In this document: positions 22,929 to 35,857 of the stretch, piece after piece
How the letters are laid out: each line of letters opens with the position of its first letter
Position numbering within the stretch: position 1 is the first letter of the stretch
From: Thelocarpon superellum
Taxonomy: Eukaryota
Length of the DNA stretch: 35,977 nt
Assembly: GCA_026025795.1 (NCBI GenBank)
Contig: JAPEUG010000151.1
Location: forward strand, 1 to 35,977
Direction: 5' to 3'
Program-made: the position numbers and the translations under genes
Notes under the pieces: model-generated
The model's database searches: none
What the model saw: only the letters and a program-made list of their open reading frames with translations
Told to the model about the DNA's origin: nothing

Positions 22929-25895
22929 CTATGCATCCACCTCCATCATCAGTACTTCAGCATCCACGTCACCGTACTCGTCTGGTCTCGCATTCCCCCC
23001 TCCCGACTGCCCATTCATCTGCTCGACCCAAAGACCACGAATTTCATTCTCTTCCGTCTTGCGCTTATGTGCCTCCAAGTCCGTTAGACTCCACGTGCTG
23101 ATGCCCTCCTGGTCCTTGGCGCGGAAGGGCTGCGCCATGGTGCGCAAGAACTTCTTAGCCGACGCCACGGCCTGGTCCGTACTGATGTTCGTTTCGCTCT
23201 CCAGCAAGGCCTGGTTGATCCATTTGGGGAGCTGGTTGCGCTTCTTGGCGAATCGTCGGTCCGCCAGCACCATCACCCCGTAGTCGTCCTTGCCCCGCAG
23301 CACGCGACCAAGACACTGCGCCGCGTGCCGCATCGCGTCGAACGAGAGAAAGTCGTTCTCCCGGATCCGGTAGGTTTCACGAAGAAATTCGAGACGTGCT
23401 TTAAGAATGCGCGATTCCGTGTATTGGAAGGGTACTCCGATGCAGAGCACCGTCCGGCCGTAGTGATGGTCGAAGTCTATTCCTTCCGAGACCTTCCCCC
23501 GCGCGACACAGAGTAGGATCGCGCCTCGACCGTTGCAACAGGCTGTTCGATATGTCTCCAGTGCGAGCGAGGTCTCTTGGCTATCCGGCGTCTCGACCAG
23601 GATGAGCTTGTACTTCCAGATCTCGTCGAGGATTCCCTAGGTTGGCGCACGTCAGTCGAAGTCCTGCGTGTTCGTGGTGACCTCTCGACTCACGATACCC
23701 TGCCACATGCTGATGATGGACTCCATGTACAGGTAGCTGGGAAAGAAGACCACGATCCCGTCTGGGGTGATCTTGGAAAACTCCATCAGGAGGCTGCCGT
23801 AGTTCCGCACCACACTGAGCTCGTTCCGAATCTGAAAGCCCGAGCTGATGGCAACTTGGTCGCTGCCCCGCGTCACGATCATGGGCAAGAAGGACCGACG
23901 CGCGAGCGTCATGCTATACGACTCCTGCACGACCGTGGTGAAGCCGAGCATCTTCGGGTACATCTCGAGTGGCGAGATGGTCCCTGACGTGATGATGACC
24001 GAGCTGAACCGATCGAAGACGGGCTTGATCGCGATCGCCGCGTCCAGACAGGCGAAATGCAGGATGGGATTCGGCACCGTGGCCGTGTCGGACTCATAGG
24101 GTTCGAGGATGAGGAGGAACCCCGTGTCGTAGGTCGCAGCCAGGGTGGCGAACGTCGCCACTTCTTGCAGAGGCTGATAGTCTTCGATGTTGGTCAATTC
24201 GAGCGTCCGCACGAGGGATGTGAGGCGTTCGGCGCAGAATCTGCGTTCGTCAGTACGTGAGCACGTGAAGAGATAACCAAGTCATGCCTGCTCACCTCAG
24301 GGGCTTTTTTTCGATAAAGGTGAGGTCCTTGAGATGCTGCAGAAAAGAAGGAGGCGTTTCCGAGATGACGTGGAGCACCTTCATCCGCGTCTGTGACCAT
24401 CAGTCTCGGGCTCGACCAACCCTCCGGGTGAAGGCACTTACTTTGAGGTACTCGACGAATCGCTTCAAGAAGGCGACAAAATGTTCTGCGCGTCGGATGT
24501 TCCCCGGTACAGCTTCTTGAAGTAGGTCATCGGGCAGCGCTGCCAGCCGTGTCAGCACAATCAGCGCAGTCTGACTCGCTGCGTGGGGATGGACCTGGGT
24601 TGGCCATGAAGGCATCCTCTTCTCGCCCCTCGTCGGCTTCGCGTAGGCCCTCGACCAGTTTCGAGTACTCATTCTGCAGCTTCTCCGCGTCTGTGGCTCG
24701 CATCTCGGTGATCTTGCGTTCGAGGTTGTTCGCACCTCGGGTTGCCCGACGGAGCGAGTCCTCGGTGAGATCGATGCTCAACGACTCTATGCACACATTG
24801 TCGATGTTGTGGGCTTCGTCAAAGACCACGATGCAGTCCTTGGACAGCTCTTTCGAGACCCGTTCGGCGATCTTAGGGTCGAGGAGGTAGTGGTAGGAGT
24901 AGATGATGACGTTACAGAAGGGCATCTACACATCTATCAGTGGCTTCCTCTCATGAAGGGTGGTGAGGCGTGCCATGCGTCGGGCTGTGAAGTAGGGACA
25001 TTGCTTCTGCTGTTCGCCATACCGCAGCATGCCGTCCAGCGTCCATACACCCGGAGGGATGAGATTGTGTGGCTCCAGCAGGTCGAGATTCTGCACGCTA
25101 TCGCGTCAACGCGGGGCCGGAGGATGCATCGAACCACCTACGTCATGATAGATGCACAGCTCCACATCCTGGCCCCGCTCCTTTTGCTCCTTGACGAAGC
25201 CGGCTGTCAGGCTACGACATCGTGCGTCGACGACGGAGCCGCTCTTCTCTCTCTTGACCGACGGATGTAAGCACAAGTTCTTCCGGCTGGTCAGGCCCAA
25301 GCCACGAAAGTCCTCTTCTCGACCCAGTTGCTCCGTGCGATACTTCATCAACGCCTTAAGCTCAGCCAGTGCCTTTTCAATCTCCGACATGGTTCCTGCG
25401 GAGACTCAGCACAGTGTGGCGACCGTCTCGCACGTCAGGGACGCACGCGAGCAGTAAATCAGCTTGCGGTGTTCGGGATAGTGCTGCTGATATGCCACGA
25501 TGAGGGACAAAAGGGAGACCGTCTTTCCGGTGCCTGACGGCATCTCCAGCACGCCATGACCTGCGGCGTCCAAGGTCCCTTGAGATTGCCATGTCAGTCT
25601 GGCGAGATCGGCGGCGACGGCGGTGCCGGGCCCCTACGCTTGAGATCACACATGTAGCTGCATCGCTCTTCGTTAGCATCGGTTCTGCTATTACGGATGG
25701 GTTTCGGCAAGCCATACGCATATTGCTCTAGAGAGATCGGTCAGCTATCCATCGGGACATGGTGCTTTGGTCCCTGACAACACGGACCTGGATATATTCG
25801 CGGATATGGGAATAGCACCGGAAGGTCGCTTGTCCGTGTTAGCACTTCCCGGAGGACGGCGACAGTGGGGCGGCAGACTCGATGTAGAACTTCAT
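22929..25895 (-). CDS. RAD3: TFIIH DNA helicase subunit XPD/Rad3
   Basis: ATG at 25895. Spliced N-terminus [49 protein letters not shown], then [31 protein letters not shown] and [14 protein letters not shown]. Eleven introns, including one GC-AG. Confidence 0.97.
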
Positions 25896-26321
25896 TGTCG
25901 TCTCCACCGCCGTTCAGGCAGAGCTGAGTGGCCGAGTCCGTAGCCAGGTAGCTACGGGTGTTTCACTCGCTCCGGGGTGATGTCTCCGTAGATGAGTCAG
26001 GCTGGTGAGCAGCTCTATCATGTACTCGTACGGGGCACCTCCCACTGATTCCGCTACCTGGATGGATGGAAGCTGCATCGTATACCTCTCGTTTAGTTCC
26101 GCCTACTCCTCTTCACCACACTCTTTCCCGTGGGCTGAAGGTGCCGATGCGTCATCGAAGCCCGCACTTATTTCCCGAGATTCTCCTTCGTTTTCTTTTC
26201 GACTCTCCTTTCAGCGCCACATCGCGGGGTCCCCCACAAGCCACAATTAAGGGCCTCTCGCTGCACCGCCACCCATTGTAGCCATGGACTTGCAACTGCG
26301 GACCATCACCATCCAGCTAAC
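25896..26321. promoter_or_regulatory. Probable bidirectional promoter region shared by RAD3 and RKR1
   Basis: 426 bp separate the two divergent start codons, with pyrimidine-rich tracts near 26180-26210. Inferred from gene geometry only. Confidence 0.5.
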
Positions 26322-29300
26322 ATGAGCAGCAAAAAACCATTCAAATCTCAAGCCAGCAGCGGCCGGGCCAGCCTGGGCCTGGGGGTGGGCCGCGGCTCCA
26401 GCGGCTTCGGAGCTCCCCCCACGTTCGGCGCCGCCTCCATCCTTTCCTACATTTCCGACCCGCCAGAGCTGTCTGCCATCTCGGCACCCAACGTCGTAGT
26501 CTCATTCAAGAATCTCTCCAAGAAGGATGCGACGACCAAGGCCAAGGCACTGGAGGAGCTCCAGACCTATCTTGCCTCCCTCAGTCCCGCTGCGGGAGGT
26601 GTCGAGGATGGATTTTTAGAAGCATGGGTGCGCGGTCCAAAGCATCTTCATGTCGATCGAATCTAACGGCACATCCTCCGGGGCGTAGGGAAAGGTATAC
26701 CCACGCACCTCGATCGATGGCTCTCGACGAGTACGTCAGCTGGCCCACAATCTACAAGGCCAGATCGTGGTCGTGAGTGGCAAACGCTTCGCACGGCAGA
26801 TGCCCAAGATCATCGGTGCCTGGCTATCGGGCCTCTACGACAGTGATCGACCCGTGGCCCGCGCCGCACAAGAAGCCTTGGAGCAGGCCTTCCCGGCCAA
26901 AGAGAAGATCCAGGGACTCTGGCGAGCCTACCAGCGGCCTCTCCTGGAGTACGCCCGAGACGCCATTCTCCGAGAAACGGTGCTGACGCTGAGCGATGAG
27001 CGGACCGTGGCCCCTGATGATGCTGAGGCCAAGCATGCTCGAGTCGTGGGCACCGGCGCCTCATTACTGTCCAACTTGCTACGTGAGTCACCCACCAAGA
27101 CCAGCCCCATATCATCTGACGCAACGGGTTAGTAGAGCTGGACGACGACCTTTTGGCAAAGGAGCAGTCTCTCCGCCGGGAAATCGTGACAGATGAGGGA
27201 TTGTGGGCGTTTGCATCCCACCAAGATCCGTTTGTGAGACGTGCCATCTATCGACTGCTGCGAACATGTCTCGCAAAAGATTCAGGTAGAGACGGCCTCT
27301 CCAAAGCCCGTCATCTAGCGCTTACAAAGTTCAGGATCCATGACGAGCATTCTCAAGGTGCTGAGTACGGAGATGCTTGCGAAGAGTTTGAATATCGCCC
27401 AATCTGGATCAGCTCGGGACTACTCGGACACCTTGGCCGCCCTCACAGGCACGTTTCCGTTGGTCTGGACAGATGCGTACACCGCGAAAACGCCAGCCAC
27501 ACTTCGTCTTCGGCAGTTTATTCGACGTGGGTCTCAAGGAGGACCTGCGGAGGTCTGGGAGAACACCAGCAGGATCATCGTCTACGCTCCTTCGGAACTT
27601 CTTCCTCGCGAAGCGTCTCGCAGGATCGAGTTTCTGGATGACGTGCGCGACGGCATCAATAAGAAAGATGAACCACGAGGCAATCTACCCACAGCGTGGG
27701 CGGCGTATTGTCGAGTGCTGCGACAATTCTTGACCCTGAGCTCGGTCGACGATCAGCGGCAGCTAGTGAAGAAGGGGCTGTTCCCTATTGTTGAGCAGTA
27801 TGTCCGGCCGTCAACGGAGGATACCAGATGGTCAGGAGCGACTTATACCTCGTCCATCTGTGTATTAGCCTTGCGCAGTGTGGACGCCACCGAGACCACG
27901 CGTGACATAGTAGAGCAAGGGTGGTCAAGGATGGCTGACGGGCTGGTGCACGATATCAACACGTCCTCATCCGAGCAATCGAAAGAGTTTGGCTTCTCTC
28001 AAAAACTGGTGGCGGAGGAAGGCAGCCGATGGGCGGCGTTGAGTGGCGATGTGTATGGTCAGCTTGCAGTGCCTTCGACCATGGTCATCTCCAGAACCTC
28101 CTCCGCAATCGCACTGGCCGTAATCCAGGCCCTCAAGTCTCGTGACGGTAACTTTATCAGAGTCAATCTACGTGCCAAATGCTAACAGGCTTAGGGAATG
28201 CATCTGGGGCCGCGGCCGTGCTGGAAGCACTGCTCCGTCGAATACCAGCAGCGCTTCTAAAGGACCCGGAATTTAGGGAGCCACTGTCTGCTTTCTTCGT
28301 CGATGATGTCCCATCTTTGTCGTCGACGGCCTCCTTCCCCATGCTCGCGTCTTGTCTCCGGGCGTTGAGTTTGCCATCCGATCAAGCTCAGATCTTCCAG
28401 CGATCCTTTCGGGCCACTGTGACGGCCATTCTTACGACCGCGTCGTTTGAGGATCAGCTTCGTCGTCTGCAGATTCTCCTAACCGCCCTTGATCCGTCCA
28501 GTCGAGTAGAGATCGATCCAGAATCGGGGTTGGAAGACTTTGTCATCCGGGCCTTTCGAAAAACTCTCCACGACGAAGCACAGGGATGGGGGTTCATCAA
28601 GACGGCCTTGTCTTATGGCAGTACGTTTCCCTCGACCGTCGCAGTCCCCACTGACGAAGTTGTAGCATGCATCTTGTCGAACCAGACAGTGAAACTCATC
28701 ATGACCGAATTGTCCAATGGTCTGACAGCGGAAGATGATCCTATCATTGCGTTGAAGGGGCTTGAGCTCATCCTTCAGTCCAGCGAAGAGCTTCTAAAAC
28801 TGTCGGGGATTGATACATCCGATCTCCTGTCCCGACTCCTCGCCTTGACTGAGTCTACTGATGAGGACATTGTCGTTCACGCCCAAACCGTCAGCCACTT
28901 GGTAGAATCAATTCTGTCACACAGCCACGGCGCAATGGTACATGATTCCATGGTAGGAATCATCCAACGAGAACTATCTTTTCCGCATACGATCTCTGTC
29001 TCGTAAGCTCCGATCGATGGTGAGAAACAGACCGCAACCGCTAATGCCGTATAGCTTTCAATCTCTTGTCGATCGCGCGGAGAAGCTCTATGCTGCGTCG
29101 GCGGACCAGTCTCGAGCAGCCGCTGATCTGCTTCCAAGTGGCGAGCAATGGCAAGCGGCGTTAGCACCCTTTCTCGCGACCGTCCCTGAACCCTGCCTGG
29201 CCATCACCGACATCCTTGGCGGCTCGCTCTATCTAGCCCGAGGCAAGTCAGCAGACAGCCCTCTTGGCTCCTCGCGCGACCAAGATGGATATGCCGCGGC

Positions 29301-31840
29301 GCTTCGGATTGGCATGTATGCGAACAAGTTGATCAGAAGTACGAGCATCTTCGGCAAACTCGGACCCGAGGAGCAATCGAGTCTATGTCAAGATCTATTA
29401 CTCACAGTTCAACTGGCAAGTGACACTATCAGTCTCTTGGGATCGAACAAGCTATGGGTGCCGTCCGGGGCCTCGCATGATTTGGAAGAAGAAGTCCTGA
29501 AATTTGTCTCTGAGGCTCAGACTCTCATCACAACATGGTTACAGGAGCAAGATGGTGTCATTGACAATGCGCAAAGGCAACTTCAAGCCTCTTCATCCGG
29601 TCGCTCACCTCGCGCGTTCTATCACGCGCGAGCATTTGCCTATCTCACCGAGGCAAGAACGGAGCTTCAGGGGTCTTCCAAGTCTGACACAGACCTATGG
29701 GCTGACCAGTTGAAGGCAGCTCGCAAACAGCCAGGTGAGTGGTCGAGCACGTAGTTTTGATCCAGCCATACTGACTATCATTATAGAGGAGATATATCGG
29801 TCTACATCTCTCTTGATTGGTAACAGGGGGCTCATGTCAGGCACGAAGACCGCGAACCGCCTGTGCAACGAAATTGTGAGCGATCTCACCGTCTTGCAGT
29901 ATGCGACGGATCCCGATGAGGCCGTGCGGCTGCTCGTCCTCTTGAACGCCATCATTCAGTATCAGGAGACCGCATCGGAGATTCCTCGACAGCGGCTGGT
30001 GCCGTTGGTCAAACGATTGATGGAGTGGTGGAATCAAGAGGATATCGATCCCGCTCAATCTCTTCTCTCCTCTTCCGCCGCCACTTCCGAGGTCGCAAAG
30101 GTACTCCTGGTACTCGTGCCGGTGATTCAGGATGTGTACGGTTCCCACTGGAGCCAGATCGTGGACTTCATCGGCCAGACATGGGCGGGTAGCGGTGTTT
30201 CTGAGCCCGTCATTCGCCGCCTTCCCGCGATTCATGCCTCCCTCAGGCTCTTTGCTGCTGTGCGGAAGGTCCGGAGCGCCAACGACGACGTGGACGACGC
30301 GTGGACGGAGATGGACCTCCCCAGCAAGTTGATCCAGTTGTTGAAGACCATGCCAAGTAAGCAGTCCTAGGTGGCGCAAGTGACCCGGGCGACTCAGGAC
30401 TGACGGACAGCAGAAAGTGTGTCCGATGATTCGAACCAACCCTTGAAGGCGGTCAATGGGCTGCTCGCACGCCAGCTTTCAGACTGTGCGCCCGAGAACG
30501 TGGACGATCTTACCCAGGTGAGGCATCACACGGGTGAAGGCACGATGATCGAATCGCCTCTGACTGGAGCAGTTGTATCATCTCGTCTACGCCGAGTCTT
30601 TGTCGTTGCAAGAAGCAGCATATGGTCTCCTGCATCGGCTGATTCCCAACGCGCAGCAGGAGATCTCGGTGGAGGCCGCGCTGACCACATCCACGGTCCA
30701 TCTCTCGCAAGAGCTACTTTCCTTGATCTTGGAAGCACCCACTCTGGCAATGTTCGCAGAGACATCGTGGCAGCGCTCGGTACCGCTGTCTTTGCGTGGC
30801 TATCTGCTCAGCTGGCTGCTGGTATTCGACCACTTCGTCACCTCTGTACGCAGGCCTTCTCACCCATTTCTATCTTGCGCTAAATTCGTTCCCAGTCATA
30901 CAAAGTTCGCAGCGATTACGTGGCGGACCTTCAACAAGGCAATTACCTGTACGGACTTCTCGATTTCACTTTTGCTTTCCTGGGGCATGACAAGGGCAAA
31001 GCGGTGAATGCGTCACGATTGACGACGACGTCGTACACGCTCGATAGCGAAGAGTCGCCCAAGAGAGATGCACAGTGGATGTTGATCCACCTCTATTACC
31101 TCTGCCTCAAGCATCTGCCTTCCCTGACCAAGGCGTGGTGGATCGACTGCACCGGACGGGGCAAAGCAGCCAGCATCGAGACGTGGACGGAGAAGTACAT
31201 CTCGCCACACGTGATAGCGGATGAGCTCGGCACCGTCAGCACCTGGGCCTCGGAGGCAGCTTCTCGCGGTGACGAAGATGGGCCGTTGTCTGTCAAGGTA
31301 TCGAAGACGACCCGGGAGATTATGGTCGGGTATGACGTGGACGAGCAGATGATGCAGATCGCCATCAAACTTCCGGGCGCCTATCCCTTGCGGCAGGCAA
31401 TGGTAGAAGGGATCAACCGCGTCGGCGTGGACGAGAAAAAATGGCGAAGTTGGCTGATCAACGCACAAGGCGTCATCACCTTTTCGGTGTGTGCTACCTC
31501 CACCTCTGCCTTGCCTTGCTCTCCATGCTGACCTGACGCGCTGCTAGAATGGCTCCATTGTCGATGGGCTCATCGCCTGGCGCAAGAACGTGGAAGGAGC
31601 TATGAAGGGACAGACGGAGTGCGCCATTTGTTATTCCATCATCTCGGCCGACAAACAGCTGCCATCCAAGCGGTGTAGCACGTGCAAGAATCTGTTCCAT
31701 TCGAGTGCGTCTGTCCAGTTCCCCTCGCCCCGTCCCGTCCTGCTAATGCCAGTGCCCCTCCAGGCTGTCTCTTCAAATGGTTCAAGTCGAGCAACTCATC
31801 CTCCTGTCCGCTGTGTCGGAATCCGTTCAACTACGGATAA
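26322..31840 (+). CDS. RKR1: E3 ubiquitin ligase listerin (Ltn1/Rkr1), ribosome quality control
   Basis: N-terminal FKNLSKKDATTKAKALEEL, HEAT-like body, RWD-like segment (IAIKLPGAYPL) and C-terminal RING ECAICYSII...CSTCKNLFH..CLFKWFKSSNSSSCPLCRNPF. About 12 short GT-AG introns. TAA at 31838-31840. Confidence 0.95.
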
Positions 31841-32079
31841 GTGCGGGACGTGTGCGTTGGTGGCATCGCGGACCCTATCCTCTCGGAGTGGGGCGCTTCA
31901 ATGTCATGAATCGGTTCCAGGTTCACGATCACGTACATACTTGGAATTATCCAACGTAGCTGATTGACCCCAAGTCCCCATGCTTCCATCGCACAAGGGT
32001 AAGGACGGTGTACCCCGATGAAGACATGCGACGACCCTCTACGTCTCCCTGATCCCGAGCACTCCGCTCGGACACGGGC

Positions 32080-32719
32080 TCACTCCAGCTTATCCAGATG
32101 TTCCAATCGCGTCAAGACGACGTGTTTGCTCGTCTCTTCAATTTCGCCGGCCAGAAAGACTTCATCGAGGATCGCATAGACCTATGGAAACAGATCAGCA
32201 GAGTCAAGCGGGAGGAGGGGACCAAGGGAGCCTCGCGGTTCGGGCATCACCGTACCTTGTAAAAGTTGAAGACTAAATCTAGCTCACACACGTTTCCAAA
32301 GAACGAATCAAGCACCTCCACGAAGAAGTGCAGCGCTTCGAGATAGGCCAACTCGTTATCGTTCGCGTCAACGCAGGCGCAGAAGAAGAGGCCGGCGTAA
32401 CGGCGATAGACGATCTTGGAGGACCGGAACTCCGTAAAGTTGCTCTGGTGCTTCTGGTCCCGTGGCGCAATAAGCCGGTGGACTTCACCCTTGAGCTTGA
32501 TCTTTTCTTCGTCCTAGACATGCCACGAGTTGTTTAGTCTTCCCCTTGGGGCAGCTTGAGGTCGGAGGGGGGAACGGGGACGTACGCTGTACGGCGCGTA
32601 CCATTTCGCCAGCCGAGTCTTGCCTCTTCACCATGTCGTCAGCGACCGCACTGCATAGGTCATGGTTGAAGGCATGCTCCCTACTGCCGATTCTGGATCA
32701 GGATGAAGGAGAGCACCAT
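32080..32719 (-). CDS. APS2: AP-2 adaptor complex sigma subunit
   Basis: Not in the ORF track as one piece. Four exons give [70 protein letters not shown]...[53 protein letters not shown]...LDKLE*. Confidence 0.96.
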
Positions 32720-33407
32720 GGTGGGAGGGATTGATCGCCCGCTGGTGTGCGGATCCTGCGGGGTTGCTGGAACGTCCCAGTTAAGCTGTCGAGGCGAAGA
32801 GGGTAATCAGTGGTTGTAATCCCCCGAGGATCCCGCACAACCTGGCCAGTACAAGCGGCGGTGCCCACACGGTTAACATGTCGCTGTGCGGCACCTTGGG
32901 GTGGTCTCATTGCCCATTTACTCGTTCTCGTTCTCGTCTCGACCCCGCCCCAGCTCCAGAAGAGCTCCAGACGTAAACCCTTGGGAGTGCGCTCCCGGCT
33001 CCTGTGCGCCATGACTCGATTAATTCCGACCGAATCGAGTCTTGTCCCGTCTACTCATGCCGTGACGCAGCCAGAGACGGGCTGACCACACAACCTAAGT
33101 CTGCAGGCCTGCCAAGGAAACCGAGGTCTTTGATCTAGCACAGGACTTCTCGTGTACGCTTTCTTCACCCTTCCACTGGTCGAATGATTCAAGCGTGCGC
33201 TGTGTGCAGCTCCTAAGAGTCGGGACTTGTTCAAAGTATAGGATGGCTTATGTGGAGATCGGCACCAGGGATGGTCGCCTAGCGCGCTCATGATCAACTA
33301 TTGTAGCAGACCCACGTCACCCTCTCTGCCTCCACAGGTTCTCCATCAAGATCCACAGTACCCTGAAGCCGTGAGCGGGTCTCTGCGGCGGCAGCTCACT
33401 TGCAACG

Positions 33408-34493
33408 ATGGCGCCGTCCTCGTCCGTGGTGGTGAGGATTTCCGTCGGTCGAGATGCACTCGAGATGCTAAAGTGCACCAAGGCCAAGATCAAGGTCCAG
33501 CTAAAGCTATCCATCAGTCGGCTGCGCATGGTGCAGCAGAAGGATACGGCCATCGCCAAACAACAACGCCGTGCCATGGCACAACTGTTGGAGGTGAGGT
33601 GACGTCGTCTGCGTGCCCCCACGACCTCGTGGTCGTGCTCGGCCCATGTCTGAACGAAGCTCACGTTCCCCCGCTGGGGCTAGGTAGGGAAAGAAGAGTC
33701 GGCGCGCATCCGGGTGGAGAACATCATCCGCAGCGACATCACGACCGAGCTTCATGAGATTCTCGAGCTCTACTGCGAGCTCCTGCTGGCGCGGATCGGC
33801 CTCCTGGAAGCGAAGGACTGCGACCCCGGGCTCGAGGAGGCGGTCAAGTCGCTCATCTACGCCGGGCCGCGGATCGATATCAAGGAATTACAACAGACCC
33901 GACAGCTCCTGATTGATAAGTACGGCAAAGATTTTGCACTACAAGCCATCGACAACACCGACGGCAAGGTGGCCGATCGCGTCCTGCAGAAGCTCCGGCT
34001 GGAGCCGCCGCCGCAGGAGCTCGTCACGCTGTACCTGACCGAGATCGCGCGGACCTATGGTGTAGACTGGCCGAAGCGAAAGGAAAGCGAGCCGGCGTCG
34101 GAGGATGGAGAGAATGAAGATGACGACGACGACGACGACGACGACGCGAGCGGCGGTCAAATCATCAAGGGCGTGGAAGAACCCCTGACGACAGCCGAGC
34201 TGAGCAAGGCCACCCCGCCACGGGATCTGGGGCCTCGTTCACCCGTGAGCATCGCCCCACCCAAGGGAAGCACGGAAAACGTCAGTCCGAAGATCAATCT
34301 GCCGCCGCCGCCGGACTTGAAGCCCAGCGCGAAAGCGAGCGGGCTCAAGAAGCAGATTCCCACCAGCGACGGTCCTCGGTCGGGTGCCGACGTGGAGGGA
34401 GGCAAAAAGACCAGCTCCACGGTCAAACCGGTCGGAGGCAAGATTCCGGACGTAGATGAGTTAGCGGCGAGATTTGCTGCGTTGAAGAAATGA
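33408..34493 (+). CDS. IST1: ESCRT-III-related Vps4 regulator Ist1
   Basis: KVQLKLSISRLRMVQQK, ESARIRVENIIRSD, EILELYCELLLAR and a C-terminal MIM-like PDVDELAARFAALKK. Introns 33432-33482 (probable) and 33594-33683. Confidence 0.94.
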
Positions 34494-34608
34494 CGAAGAT
34501 CTTGACGATCATGACGGCCTGCAGGGTTGGTTGGTATGCTGCTGTCAATGGCAACCATCACGGGTCTGTGGTAGAACCATGAGGGACGCACAAGCATGAC
34601 GCCATTCC

Positions 34609-35857
34609 TCAGTCATCGCTCGATTGACCCTCGACGTGCTCAGCCCAGTCGCGAAAGAGATCAGCACGACCATCCCCATCCGCACCCCCACTCCCGTCGC
34701 GCCAGCCCCACGCAACGCAATAATGCTGCGCGAGCATCTGCCACTCCTCGACTTCATCCAGCATCTCAAGGCGGGTCACACGCTCTTTCTCGCCCTCTGC
34801 GATCCAGCGCTCCCAGATGAAATCCACATCGGCGGCGCGCTGCCCACTCTTGAAGCCGAGGGCGCTCAAGCGCGCCGTCTGCCGCCCGAGCGACGAATAC
34901 TTCTTCAGCGTCTGCAGCACGATGCCACGGCTGGCGAGATTCTGCACCATGACGCGCCCGAAGGAGTCTCCGGGCTTGACGGGCTCGTAGATGATGAGAC
35001 CTAGAGGTGTGCTGGGCGCGAACACGCGTGACGTGAAGTATTTGACGATTCCATCGGCATCCTGCGGCGGCAGGTACACCAGGCAGCATTCCGACAGGAT
35101 GAGCGTCGGTAGCATGGGGTCGACATTGCGGAGTGTGGTGGTGGTGGTGGTGGCGGTGGTGGAAGAAGAGGATGTGCCGTCGTCAGGGGCCGTGTGCAGC
35201 GTTCGCAGGTCCACCGGGTGGATGTTGTACGTGGATGAATAGAGCGAGGTGGCGTCCTCTGAGATGGTGGCATGGGGTGCGGATTGCTCTCCTGCCTTCG
35301 CCGTCAATCCGGGCTCTAGGATGGCCTGGAGGGACGGTGAGCGGCGAATGACGGCGATCTTGTGCGCCGTGTTGGAGGCAAAGTCGAGCTCGTGATACAC
35401 CACCTGCGCACTGGGCACCTGGGTCCGGAGACGGAAGTAGCGCGTGTCCGACCCGGCGCCCAGCGAGATGATCTGTTTCTTCTCGAGGGGCGACGCGGCC
35501 AGGAAGCGCTCGACCAATGTGTCGATCGCCGTGGTGCGCACATACGTTCCTGTCGGGGTCTCAGTGGCCGTGTCATTGCATCTTATTCTACGTGGCGGAC
35601 GCACCGCGGTTGATGATGGGAAATCGCCTCTGCGTGGCATCGACGACGAAGTCTCGCGCAAACGGGTCGCTCAGGTATCCTAGCTCCACGGCGCTCATGC
35701 GCGATACGCTGGCATCTTGATCTGTCTGTTGCACGATCCGGTCTGTGGCCTTGCCATCATCTACGTCGCTCGGACCACTGCCTCGGGCATGGCGTCCAAA
35801 TGGCCGTGGTCGCGCGGATCTCAGGGTTGCGAGACTTGGAATGTGTGGCGCAGACAT
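34609..35857 (-). CDS. PPM1: Leucine carboxyl methyltransferase 1 (PP2A methyltransferase)
   Basis: VQQTDQDASVSRMSAVELGYLSDPF, RRFPIINRGTYVRT (across intron 35604-35550), QIISLGAGSDTR, LSECCLVYL, FGRVMVQNL and LEMLDEVEEW..LAQHYC. Confidence 0.95.

Noticed and set aside
33290..33757. Out-of-frame ATG ORF overlapping the IST1 start
   Set aside because: It reads through IST1 introns, may start upstream of the TSS and has no coding signature.
34121..34146. (GAC)n run, and similar (GTG)n at about 35135 and (GGTGGC)n at about 8711
   Set aside because: These encode poly-Asp, poly-Thr and poly-Pro tracts inside IST1, PPM1 and NAF1; ordinary low-complexity coding sequence.
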